Shown in pieces: positions 16,823 to 27,100 of a DNA stretch of 46,116 nucleotides. A program made the translations under genes and the position numbers. Under the pieces are notes generated by a model. It worked only from the letters and a program-made list of their open reading frames with translations. It was not told the DNA's origin and searched no databases. Numbering within the stretch: the stretch's first letter is position 1; each line of letters opens with the position of its first letter. Source of the stretch: Candidatus Jacksonbacteria bacterium RIFOXYB2_FULL_44_15 (GTDB lineage: Bacteria > Patescibacteriota > Patescibacteriia > UBA9629). The stretch covers positions 1-46,116 of the forward strand of contig MHJY01000022.1 in NCBI GenBank assembly GCA_001818235.1, written 5' to 3'.

Positions 16823-18280
16823 TTATACTTCTTGTCCAATAACTATTATAAAATCCGCGCCAGTGGAGTCAGACGAAAGACCGGTTGGCGAATTTGCGGT
16901 AACGCTGTTATCCAGGGAGGTCAGTAAAAATTCCAAGCTGGCTGTTTTTTTTCCGCCGGTTAAATCATAAATAACCGTTCGGCTGTATGATTGCCGGTCA
17001 GCGTTTTCGGTGCGGTTGACGGTAAAGCCGGCGCGTTCCAAGTCGACTTTAGCGCGCGTAGCCAGCCCAGCCACCGTGGTGCCGTTTTGCAAGATGACGC
17101 GCGGCGCTTCTAAAGCGATATCTTGTTTAATGAATAAATTTTGGGCGATGGTTTGCAGTTCACCAGTTTTTTTTGGCACAAGCAGAAAGGCGCCGTCAAT
17201 GCCGGTCGTCGCCCGTAATGGTCCTTCGGGCGAGTCGTCCAAGACAGTGAGTCCGATTTGGTCGCGGTCGACCTCGTTTGCGATTTGGGCCAGTTTAATC
17301 GCTTCCCAGAGTTCCATGTTGGTTTCGATGCTGTCGCCTAAAATTTTAAAAATTTTGTCCATTTTGTCCGGTCTCAGCAACAGGCCGACTTGCGTGACTT
17401 TATCTTTCACGGCGATAATTATTTTTTGCTGTCTCCGGGAGCGGGCAAAATCAGAGCCCTCGCCATTGTTGCCGTGCCTGGAGCGGGCATACTTGAGCGC
17501 TTGTTCGCCGTCAAAATGTTGCCAGCCGAGTTCGAAACAAGCTGTTTGCGTCAAATGATCAAGCGTCGGGTATTGGTAATCGCAAAAACTTTTGTCGACG
17601 TATAAATTGATCCCGCCCAAAGTATCAACCAATTCTATAAAGCCGTTAAAATTGATGACGCCGTAAAAATGAATCGGCACGCCGAAAACTTCTGACACGG
17701 TCTTTTTTAGCCAAACCGAACCTTCGCCCTTGCTGAGGGTGCGGCCTTCCGAATAAAGGGCGTTGATTTTTGAGCCGTTTCCGGAAGAATTTTCGACGTA
17801 AAGGTCCCGCGGGATAGACATCATCGCCACCTGATGTTCTTTGGGTTTAATGGACAAGAGGATGATGGTGTCGGTCAAATACGGACCGTCATGGCCTTCG
17901 CCACCGATGCCCAAAAGCAGTATATTAATTCGGTTTTGCGTGGCTCCGGCGATGTCTTTGGTTCGTTTTACAAAAAGATTTTTGAGTTGCGAGAGTACGC
18001 CGCCGCCGGCAAAATTTTTGGTGGCTTCGCTCGAGGAAATGATAATTTTTGTAGAAAATCCGACCATTCCGATAATAATAAAAACCAAAACATAGAGCCA
18101 TAATTTTGAGGATTTTGGCTTCGGGCTTTGGAGCGGGGTCGGCGCAGATATGAGATTCGGTTTAAGAAAATCAATCGGCTTTCCATGTGCGTAGTCAACG
18201 CGCGGTTTGGACGGCGGGCGAATATCAGTAATTCGCCGGCCGGCGGGGTCGGGTATAATTTTGTGTTCAAAAGCGGCCAT
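16823..18280 (-). CDS. LCP (LytR-CpsA-Psr) family protein with LytR C-terminal domain
   Basis: TM helix; NILLLG, TDTIIL, SIPRDLYV, KINALY, ALKYARSRH, SDFARSRRQQ; C-terminal LQNGTTVAGLA and DFIIVIG. Start placed at ATG 18280 from the promoter position. Confidence 0.92.
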   Translation of the reverse strand: MAAFEHKIIPDPAGRRITDIRPPSKPRVDYAHGKPIDFLKPNLISAPTPLQSPKPKSSKLWLYVLVFIIIGMVGFSTKIIISSSEATKNFAGGGVLSQLKNLFVKRTKDIAGATQNRINILLLGIGGEGHDGPYLTDTIILLSIKPKEHQVAMMSIPRDLYVENSSGNGSKINALYSEGRTLSKGEGSVWLKKTVSEVFGVPIHFYGVINFNGFIELVDTLGGINLYVDKSFCDYQYPTLDHLTQTACFELGWQHFDGEQALKYARSRHGNNGEGSDFARSRRQQKIIIAVKDKVTQVGLLLRPDKMDKIFKILGDSIETNMELWEAIKLAQIANEVDRDQIGLTVLDDSPEGPLRATTGIDGAFLLVPKKTGELQTIAQNLFIKQDIALEAPRVILQNGTTVAGLATRAKVDLERAGFTVNRTENADRQSYSRTVIYDLTGGKKTASLEFLLTSLDNSVTANSPTGLSSDSTGADFIIVIGQEV

Positions 18281-18302
18281 AGGAGTTATTGATGTGTTTA
18301 CC

Positions 18303-18353
18303 ATTATAGGGGCATTTTTGATATTTGGCAAATTATTATTTATGTGTTATATT
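18303..18353. promoter_or_regulatory. Divergent overlapping sigma70 promoters (LCP-der-pth and lepB-hisS)
   Basis: Plus strand: TTGGCA(18325)-17-TATATT(18348). Minus strand: TTGCCA(18331)-17-TATAAT(18308-18303). Confidence 0.7.
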
Positions 18354-18360
18354 TCTCCAT

Positions 18361-19008
18361 ATGAATGATGTTTATATCCAAGCTCCGTCGGCGGGAGACA
18401 GCGCCGAGGGAGTTGAGGCGCCAAATTCCGTATGGCGTTCAATTCTAGATTTTATTTTAGAATTAGTCAAAGTTACCGTTATCTGCGCCGTTATTATTAT
18501 TCTGGTCCGTTGGCTTTTATTTCAACCTTTTTACGTTAATGGCGCATCAATGGAGCCGAGTTATTATGACGGTGAATATTTAATCATCTATCAATTGCCG
18601 TTTCGGTTTGCGGATCGTTTCCATCCGTTTACCGAAGCTAACCGTGGCCGGACAATTATTTTTCATCCGCCAAACGATCCAGCCCAGTTTTACATTAAAA
18701 GGTTGATTGGCCTGCCGGGCGAGCGCGTTAAAATTACCGAGGGCCAGGTTTATATTTACAATAGCGAAAATCAGCAAGGTTTTTTGTTGAGCGAAGGCTA
18801 CCTGCCGTTAGGCACGCAAACTTTGAGCGGAAATTATGATGACATTCAATTGGGTTTAAACGAGATTTATGTTCTGGGAGATAACCGCGCGCATAGTCTG
18901 GATTCGCGCCGACTTGGGGCGATACCGATTAGCAACGTTATCGGCGAACCGGTATTACGCGGCTGGCCGTGGGATCGTTTCGGCGTGATCAAAAAACCGA
19001 GTTATTAG
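18361..19008 (+). CDS. lepB: Signal peptidase I
   Basis: TM segment then GASMEPS (Ser), YIKRLIGLPGE (Lys), LGDNRAHSLDSR; ATG 18361 preferred over TTG 18325. Confidence 0.95.
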   Translation: MNDVYIQAPSAGDSAEGVEAPNSVWRSILDFILELVKVTVICAVIIILVRWLLFQPFYVNGASMEPSYYDGEYLIIYQLPFRFADRFHPFTEANRGRTIIFHPPNDPAQFYIKRLIGLPGERVKITEGQVYIYNSENQQGFLLSEGYLPLGTQTLSGNYDDIQLGLNEIYVLGDNRAHSLDSRRLGAIPISNVIGEPVLRGWPWDRFGVIKKPSY

Positions 19009-19095
19009 TTTTTCGATTTATCAATTTAATAATTTTTCAACCAAAGGAATATTTTAAAATCAGGTTTGAAAATTGAAAATTGAAAATTGAAAATT
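19009..19095. repeat. Heptamer tandem repeat (TTGAAAA)x4 with a degenerate complementary upstream arm
   Basis: Four exact TTGAAAA copies at 19066-19093; upstream TTTTTCGATTTATCAATTTAATAATTTTTCAACC is roughly complementary. Confidence 0.75.
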
Positions 19096-19102
19096 ATAGA
19101 AA

Positions 19103-20386
19103 ATGCCTAAGAGACGTAATTTTCAATCTTTGCGCGGGATGCGCGATATTTTACCCCAAGATGCCGAGATGTGGCAATGGGTTTTGGATAAGTGCCGCGA
19201 GGTGGCGCTGGCTTATGGTTACAGCCCGATAGAAACGCCGTTATTGGAGGCGGCTGAACTTTTTAAACGCAGTGTCGGTTCGTCCACGGACATTGTGCAA
19301 AAAGAAATGTTCGCCTTTAAAGACCATGGCGGGGAAGAGGTCGCTTTGCGGCCGGAATTTACCGCTTCGGTCGCGCGAGCTTATATCGAACATGGTTTGA
19401 CTAACCAGCCTAAACCTGTTAAGCTATTTCAAATAGGGCCATGTTTTCGCGGTGAACGCCCGCAGTCAGGCAGATTGCGGCAATTTCATCAGTTCAACGT
19501 GGAAGTTTTGGGTTCCGCCGAAGCGATTACCGATGCGGAATTGATTGCTTTGGCTTATGTAATTTTGCGCGAGCTGGGTTTGGAAGTGGTGGTTCAGGTT
19601 AACAGTATCGGTACGCCGGAATCGAGACGCACCTACATAAAAAAACTCAAGGAATTTTATCAGCCAAAATTGCGCTACTTATGCAGTGATTGCCGTGATC
19701 GTTATAAGAACAATCCTTTAAGACTATTGGACTGCAAGAAGAAAAAGTGCGGCGATTATTGCTTGGAGGTGCCGCAGATAGTTGATTATTTAGACGAAGA
19801 ATCAAAAGACCATTTGATGAAACTTTTGGAAGCGCTGGATGATTTTGATTTGCCGTATGTTTTAAATCCGCAGATTGTTCGCGGTCTGGATTACTATACC
19901 CGCACCGCGTTTGAAATTTGGAGTAAAGAAGATGGCGGCAATGCCCGGACTACGGCGCTGGGCGGCGGGGGTCGTTACGACGGTTTGATCGAACTTATCG
20001 GCGGGCGAGAGACCCCGGCTTGCGGCTTTGCTTTAGGGCTGGAAAGAATTGTTTCCAAGTTGCGGGAAAAGAATATTAAGGCGCCGACTTTGGTTAATTT
20101 CGATATTTTTCTGGCCCATTTGGGGGAAGTCGCGCGAAAGAAAATTTTTGCGGTATTCGAAGAATTGCGTCGGAAAAAATATCGCGTCACTTTTAATTTG
20201 TCCAAAACGAACCTTAAACAGCAGTTGGAGTTGGCGAATAAATTAGGAGTAAAATTGGTTTTGATTTTGGGAGAGAAAGAAGTGGCTGAACACGAAATTT
20301 TGATTAAAGAAATGGAGTCTGGCGTACAAGAAAGCATTGCCATCGATCGTCTGGAAAAGGAATTGGATAAGCGGCTTAAAAATTAA
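19103..20386 (+). CDS. hisS: Histidine--tRNA ligase
   Basis: RGMRD, TDIVQKEMF, LRPEFTAS, FRGERPQSGRLRQFHQ, VRGLDYY, GGGRYDGL, GFALGLER. Confidence 0.98.
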   Translation: MPKRRNFQSLRGMRDILPQDAEMWQWVLDKCREVALAYGYSPIETPLLEAAELFKRSVGSSTDIVQKEMFAFKDHGGEEVALRPEFTASVARAYIEHGLTNQPKPVKLFQIGPCFRGERPQSGRLRQFHQFNVEVLGSAEAITDAELIALAYVILRELGLEVVVQVNSIGTPESRRTYIKKLKEFYQPKLRYLCSDCRDRYKNNPLRLLDCKKKKCGDYCLEVPQIVDYLDEESKDHLMKLLEALDDFDLPYVLNPQIVRGLDYYTRTAFEIWSKEDGGNARTTALGGGGRYDGLIELIGGRETPACGFALGLERIVSKLREKNIKAPTLVNFDIFLAHLGEVARKKIFAVFEELRRKKYRVTFNLSKTNLKQQLELANKLGVKLVLILGEKEVAEHEILIKEMESGVQESIAIDRLEKELDKRLKN

Positions 20387-20412
20387 TTAATAAATAATAA
20401 GTCAAAAAAAAT

Positions 20413-20751
20413 ATGGAATGCGTTTTTTGCAATATCATCAAAGGAAAAGTACCGGCAGATTTGATTTATCAAGATTCCGACATCGTCGCTTTTAACGACA
20501 TTAATCCTAAAGCGCCGGTACATGTTTTAATAATCCCGCGCAAACACATCGCCTCCGTCAACGGCGTGCAAGAAGAAGATGCGCCTTTGTTGGGCAAGCT
20601 GTTTATTGTCGGCAGAAAAATCGCGAACGATTTAGGGATAGCCCAGGGCGGTTTCCGATTGGTGGTGAACACCGGTCCGGACGCTGGCCAGATCGTCGAA
20701 CATCTGCATGTCCATTTGTTGGGCGGCGAGCGGGTTAAAGGAATGTTTTAA
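20413..20751 (+). CDS. hinT: Histidine triad (HIT) nucleotide-binding protein
   Basis: CVFCNI, DINPKAPVHVLIIP, GQIVEHLHVHLLGG. Confidence 0.93.
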   Translation: MECVFCNIIKGKVPADLIYQDSDIVAFNDINPKAPVHVLIIPRKHIASVNGVQEEDAPLLGKLFIVGRKIANDLGIAQGGFRLVVNTGPDAGQIVEHLHVHLLGGERVKGMF

Positions 20752-20848
20752 ATTTTTATTAGAAAGGAGTGATTTATGTGTTAGAAATATCACAGTTTTA
20801 TTTAAATAAATCATTTACCAAAAACTTTTTAGCAAAGGGGGTGTTTGT

Positions 20849-21124
20849 ATGTTAGCTGTGATTAGAGAAGAAGGCGAAACGATCGATCATTTACTGCGCC
20901 GTTACAACGATAAATTACGACGAGTGCATTTTGTGGAGCAGGTAAAAGGACGCGGTTTTTTTAGCAAACGGGAAACGAAGCGTGAACGCAAATTATCGGC
21001 TTTGTATAAATTGCGCCGTCACGAGAAGATGGATTACTTAAAACGGATCGGCAAAGTTGAGGAACGCGGCTTTGAATATAATTATTATTCACCGTCCAGA
21101 CCGAGCGCGTCGTCCAGCACTTAA
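20849..21124 (+). CDS. rpsU: 30S ribosomal protein bS21 (CPR-type)
   Basis: Basic protein with REEGETIDHLLRRY and FFSKRETKRERKLSAL; follows HIT; SD AAGGGGGTG. Confidence 0.8.
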   Translation: MLAVIREEGETIDHLLRRYNDKLRRVHFVEQVKGRGFFSKRETKRERKLSALYKLRRHEKMDYLKRIGKVEERGFEYNYYSPSRPSASSST

Positions 21125-21197
21125 AATTTCTAAGTCTAAATAATGATTTTTTCTGTATACGTTTAAACTGAATTTTGAGATAGGCTCATTTAACTAG

Positions 21198-24100
21198 TTG
21201 CTTCGAATGTCTTGGTACTGCCCGGTTGCCGTGAAAGCAAATTTTTGCCGTTGGATGGCAAAAATGCGTTCGGTAGCCAAACCTAACTCGAAGAAAAAAC
21301 TAAAAGCCATCGAACAGGCGGTCGGTTTTTGTGTTGGAATATTTATTGTTTTGGGTTTATTTTTGTTTGGCGGTTACCAGAGCAACGTAGCTTTGGCGCA
21401 ACAACCGGAAGCCCTATTGCATCAGGCGTGCGGCGATCAGGCCAATAAAATACCATGCCAGGAAGGTTTGGTTTGCGTAGATGGGCAGTGTCTGGGTTGG
21501 ATCGGCTCAAAAGTAGCCAGTAGTGACGATTGTGCGCCGCCCTTAGTTTATAATAAAAATATCAGTTCTTGTGCGGTTGATTTTGGCGCGGAAATTGCGA
21601 GTGAGCCAGGGCTGGGCCGGGAGGCAAGTGATATTCGCGATAACATCCGCAGATTCTTGAGCATCGCTTTGGGCTTCGCCGGGTTTGGCGCCGTTATAAT
21701 GATTATTTACGGCGGCGTTTTATGGATGCTTTCGCGCGGCGAGGCGGACAAAGTCACCAAAGCCAAAAAAACGGTTATCTGGAGCTCGCTCGGACTTTTA
21801 ATAATATTAATTTCTTGGACGATTTCCAGTTACGTCCTAAATTTATTTTTTAAAATGAATGCCGGTTATCTCGGGCCGGGCAACGAGGACATAACTTCGC
21901 CGTTTCCGGTTAGTGCTCTGGAATACAAATTCAGAGTAGAAAACGTTATCTCGGCGCGCGAACCGCAAGTGCCGATACCGCCGATCAACGATAAACTGTA
22001 TCGTTGCACTTCGCTGGAGTCGGTTTTTAACAGTTATCTTGAGCGGTCAAATTTTGTTGCCGCGTCTGACGGTGCTGGTCTTAATCGTCTTAAACTCGTT
22101 AAGGATAACGGCGGGCCTTTGCCGGGCTGGCCGGAAGTAAGTTGGCCCACGGATGTAAATGAGGGGAAAAGCGTCTGGCAGTTACTGGGGCAGGATATTT
22201 TGTTTCAACATTTTTTGCCGGCTGACGTAAAACCGGCGAGTAAAGATGATTATTTGTTCGAAGCCAACAAAAAATATGCCATCATGTTCCCGCGGAAAGT
22301 TTTGAGTGATGAGGATTCTAATTTTTTAAATGATTGCGTTGCTTCTGCCGGCTGCCAGATACTTTCGGCGGATCAAATCGCCTGGGAGTTTACTGTCGGT
22401 GATAAGTTGGATGAGGCATCGCCGGAGTTAACTTTTGCCTCGCCGCATTACGATAAAGCTTATTACGAGGCGTCACTACCGCCGTCGCGGCCGCCAATCA
22501 TTTCGACCGATGTCGCTCAACGGCCGACAATGCATTTTTATTTCTCAGAACCGGTGTTAAGCACTTCGCTCGTCGTGATGGACGCGGCGACCACGACTCA
22601 TGGCTATGTTGCGACCGAGATGCCAACTCATACGGCCGGTCTGTTTCATCCTGCAACTTCGACTTTTTCACTTTACGAAATTGATACGCCAACGCCTTCC
22701 CAGCGCGAAGATCCGGCGACCACAACCTTGACGCTCCTTGATTGGGATCCAGCCAGTGCACCTATTGATCCGGTGCCTAACATTCAATTCGCGGCATTTT
22801 TAACCAATGACAATCAGCATTTGCAGTTGGAGGGGATCAGCCCGCATAATAGATTTTTGCTTAAGAATAATAAATGGTATCGCCTGGAGCTTTCTGGGAT
22901 TAAAGATTTGTGCGGCAATGATTTACAGCCAACCACAGCTACCTGGCTGTTTCAGGTTAATGGACTTGCTCCGGGTTTGTTTCCCACGCCAGTCGATGGG
23001 CAGGAAAAAGTTTGCCCTGACATTGATGTTGGCGTTCTTTCCTCAGTCGAGCTGAACGATCCGATAACCGGCGGCTGTGAAGTCCCTCCACAAGTGCCAC
23101 CGGGGTATGTTAGTTCCGGAACTTTGGATTGGACTTCAGCGGCGACTGACCACGCTCATTTATTGGGTTTGCCGGCTGCCAGTTGGACAGCACATATACC
23201 GACTGTCCCGCCTGGTCGAACGTTAAAGCGGGTGACGCCGACGTGCTCGATATTTGAATTTCGGCCGACTGCGGATCCTTTGCGCTACGACAGCTGGTAT
23301 CGCGCGCAGGTTCAAACCAGCTATCCCTTACCACAGCCCGCGACCACCACAATGCGTCAAACTTGGTTTTTTAAAACTGCGACCCAGGACGAGGTGGAGC
23401 GCGGTGAGTGTATCCTGCCGCCGATTATTGATGATGTCCTGCCTTGGAATGGCATCGAAGGAGATTGCGTCAGCATTGTTGGCCGGCACTTTTTGCCGTC
23501 GTACAGCCCGGCCACACCGACAGCCCCGGCTGGCGCTTACATCACCCCGGCCGCGTCAGATGATGCCTCACTTTATATACCGCCAAACGCACCGGCCGCG
23601 CGTTTTGATAAAATCGGCGTTTGGAAAGACAATTTAATCACGGCGATGATCCCGTCATTGCCGTTGTTGCCGTTGCCTGGATTTACTAAGTTTCCCACTG
23701 TCCCGTCGGACCAAGCCGAACATCCAGTGCGCGTGGTTTTAAAACCGCCGAGCGGTCTCTGGGTTTTAAGCCGGGAGCATCCTTTTAGGGCAAATGATTC
23801 ACTGGCGCCAGCCAGCGGGCCGTGTTTGCTTTCGGTTGATCCGAGCGACGGACATCGCGGCGAAATGGAAACTCTTCGCGGAGAAAGATTTCAAACCGCC
23901 ACGGCCACGGTTTTGCAGAATATTTTGTATAGCGTCGCGACAGTTGCCTCAGTCGACGATTCGCTGTGGGCATCAAATCAAATTATTACGTCTGTTCCGC
24001 TAAAGGAAAGCATTTATTTCCCGCCTGCCGCCCCGCCGACTGTTTTGGTGCAAGTGCAAAATGATAGCGGACTTAGCAATCCAGTTCCCATCACTATACC

Positions 24101-27100
24101 GGTTTTAACCGATATCGCCTGGTTTAATCGCCTGGCCTGCAGTGCCAATTTAAGAACCAGCCCGAATCCTAGACCGCTGGCAACGAGCGCCTGCCTCACT
24201 GGCGTTAAAGGCAGTGGGCCTAAGGGCTTAGATGCGCCTTATGATTTTTCCGACGCCAGGCTTAATGTTTTTCTCGAGCTCACGGCGGCGACGCAAGATT
24301 TTAAATTTTTGTACGGCAGTAAATTTTTACAATCAAATTATTATAGCCTTGAACAATGCAAGGCAGGGGATCCTTTACCTTGCGCGCCTCCTCCTAATAG
24401 TGTAGTTATGCCGCTTCCGGAAAATGGCGTCTCTGAATCAAATATCAGGGCAGCCACTCACACAGCAGTCAATTTAATGTTTTCCAACAAATCTTATCCG
24501 CCCCAGCCAGAAAGAGCTTATTGGCCGCTGGACGAAGGACTGGGTTTGGAGACCGCTGATGAATCAAAAAATTCGAGCAACAAAGGCATTATCAATGGGG
24601 CTGATTGGAAAGGTTTGGTTGATTGCAAAGTGGGCAAGTGTCTTGAATTTGTATTAGCCAATAGCGACTATGTTGCCGTCGGTACCGGGCCAATCGCTGA
24701 CGGTCTGGCAGAATTCACCCTCAGTTCATGGGTTTATGTGCCAGCCCTTACTCCGGGCGCGCACGTTCTATTTGCTAAAGACAAAGTGATATCAGTCGGC
24801 CGATCTGGCGGGCAACTTTCGGCCCAGCTAGGTGACGGAAGTAATTATTTGTTTAGTTCGGTTGCACTAGGTGCAGTGCCAGCTGGCGCGTGGACGCATT
24901 TAGCCTGGGTGATGGAACCCAGCGCGTTACGACTTCGCGCTTATGTTGATGGCGTTGTAGCTGGGGTTATGCCTATTCCTGCCACGATGACTTTAGGTTG
25001 GGCAAATGTTGATAATACAATTGGTAATTTAAAGGGCACTGCCAGCTATTGGGACGGTCGGATAGATGATTTACGAATTTACCGCAACGTACGCACTCCA
25101 GCGGAAATCGCCGCTGACGCGCGCGGGCCGATTTTAACTTTTGATCGCGTTTACAATTTCAAAATGTTCGATTCTGATCCCAGCGTTTTGCCGCCTGGCG
25201 CGATTCTGGACGATCGTTTTAATTCGTTGCCAGCCAAGTTTGATTCGGCCAGTATTTGGTTTAAAACGATTACTCCAGCCGATTTTTCCGCGGGTTTATG
25301 CGACAAAGTTGATGACGTTATGATGTCTTTGACGCCTAACGTTATTCACTATCCGACTTATTCTTGGGGCAGTGCCGAGGGCGTTAATTATCAGTGCCAG
25401 TGGCTACCGGAGACGAGCTTTAATTGGAGTACGACCCCAGCAATACCGCCATCACCGGATCCGGTCACCGCGGTTGGTGCCGAGCAGTTTATTCAGTTGC
25501 CATTGGGTTTTGGCGCGACCTCCTCGCTGATTCAGATTCATCCCAAAGATTCTTATTTAACAACGGCTACCGCCGGTATTCTTGCGACGGCGATTGTGGG
25601 TACTTTGCCGCTCCCAGCGGCCAGCGCTCCCCTTACTATATATAGCCATGACTTTTGCTTAAGTGATGATGACTGCGATTATTATTCTCCGGCCTGCACC
25701 AGCACCTGCAATTTAGCCAACCACCGTTGCAATCCGCGCGTCAAGACCGCCAGCCCCAATTTGGCGGACACTGAGGATTGGGTCTCGGTTTTTGGTTGTT
25801 ATTTTGGCCAGTATCGGGTGGGTTCGAACTTGCCGGACGGCAAACTGGAATTAGAAATTCCGACTGGAACGATGACTTTGGCGAGCTTTAATTTTCCGTT
25901 GCAATGTCCAGGCACTTGGAGCGACGATCAAATTATCGCTATTGTGCCGCCACTTCCTCAAACCGGCAAGGTGCGAAATATTTTGGTGACGACGAATAAG
26001 GATTTTGGCAATCTATCCAGCACTCCGACTTTTAGCGGCTTTATGGCTGGCGCCACGATAACCCATCCTTTATTGTGCGGCATCACGCCAACTGCCGGCG
26101 GCATCAATGATCCGATTACTTTGTTAGGGCAGGATTTTGATACTGATCCAGGCGTTGAGTTTGCCGCGTTTTCTTTAATCGAAGATTTTAGCGCTGCCAC
26201 CCAAATTGCCGCTTATACTCTTCCACCAGCCCCGCAGGCCGCCACTTCAACAGTGGCGCTCGGTGTCGGCAACGGCATCAATTATGTTGAAGCGGTCGAC
26301 GGGCCGCGTGTAAGCAACCCGTTACGGTTTAATGTCGAAAGCGGTGAGGCGCCGCAGATCAGACGCTATGATCCGACCACAAATTCAACCTTGCCCTGCA
26401 AAAATCAGTCTGAGGCTTATTGCCATTTATTGGGTGCGGATCAACAATCAGCTCAAACTATCAGGCTGGAATTTAATAAACCATTAGCCACATTACCGCC
26501 GGTGGTTACGAACCCGCCTTGCACTTATATCAAATTATTAGCTGATGATGATCTGGAAGACGGTCTGCCGCCGGTGCTTGTGCCGATCAACTGTACTTAT
26601 ACTTCAGGCGCGACCTATATCGAATTTAAGCCGGTTGCTGGATTTCTTTTGATCGGTGCCCAGCAATATCAAGTAGTGATTGATGCGCCGCAAATTAAAG
26701 ATAATCAAGGACGCAGTTTAAATTGTGGCGTGGCGCCGCAAGTCGGAACTTTTTGCCAGTGGCCGTTTGTTTTAACCGGCGGAATCGCTTACATCGATTT
26801 AGTTCCGCATTCGACCAGGCCGAGTGTGGCCGCAGGCGATCCGGTAGCGACTGACGAACCTTTTTCCGGCGAGCCGGCACAGGACGGCATTATGTACACT
26901 CGCAATTATTTGGACTTTCGGCAGGATTTAACCGAATACTTTATGGTTAAAGCCTGGCGCTATTTGCCCAATAAGTTGACCTTTAATGCCGGCGACGTTT
27001 ACAAAACCTTTGATGTCACAATTTTTGATGATGCCTCAGCAGAGAATACGGAAGATTTATCTTTTGCTTTAAGCAACCCGACTTCGTACGCTAAGATTGA

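Noticed and set aside
15894-18270. Short alternative ORFs over der and LCP, and similar antisense ORFs over ftsA, ftsZ, hisS and the giant gene
   Set aside because: Antisense or alternate-frame shadows of well-supported genes with no motifs.
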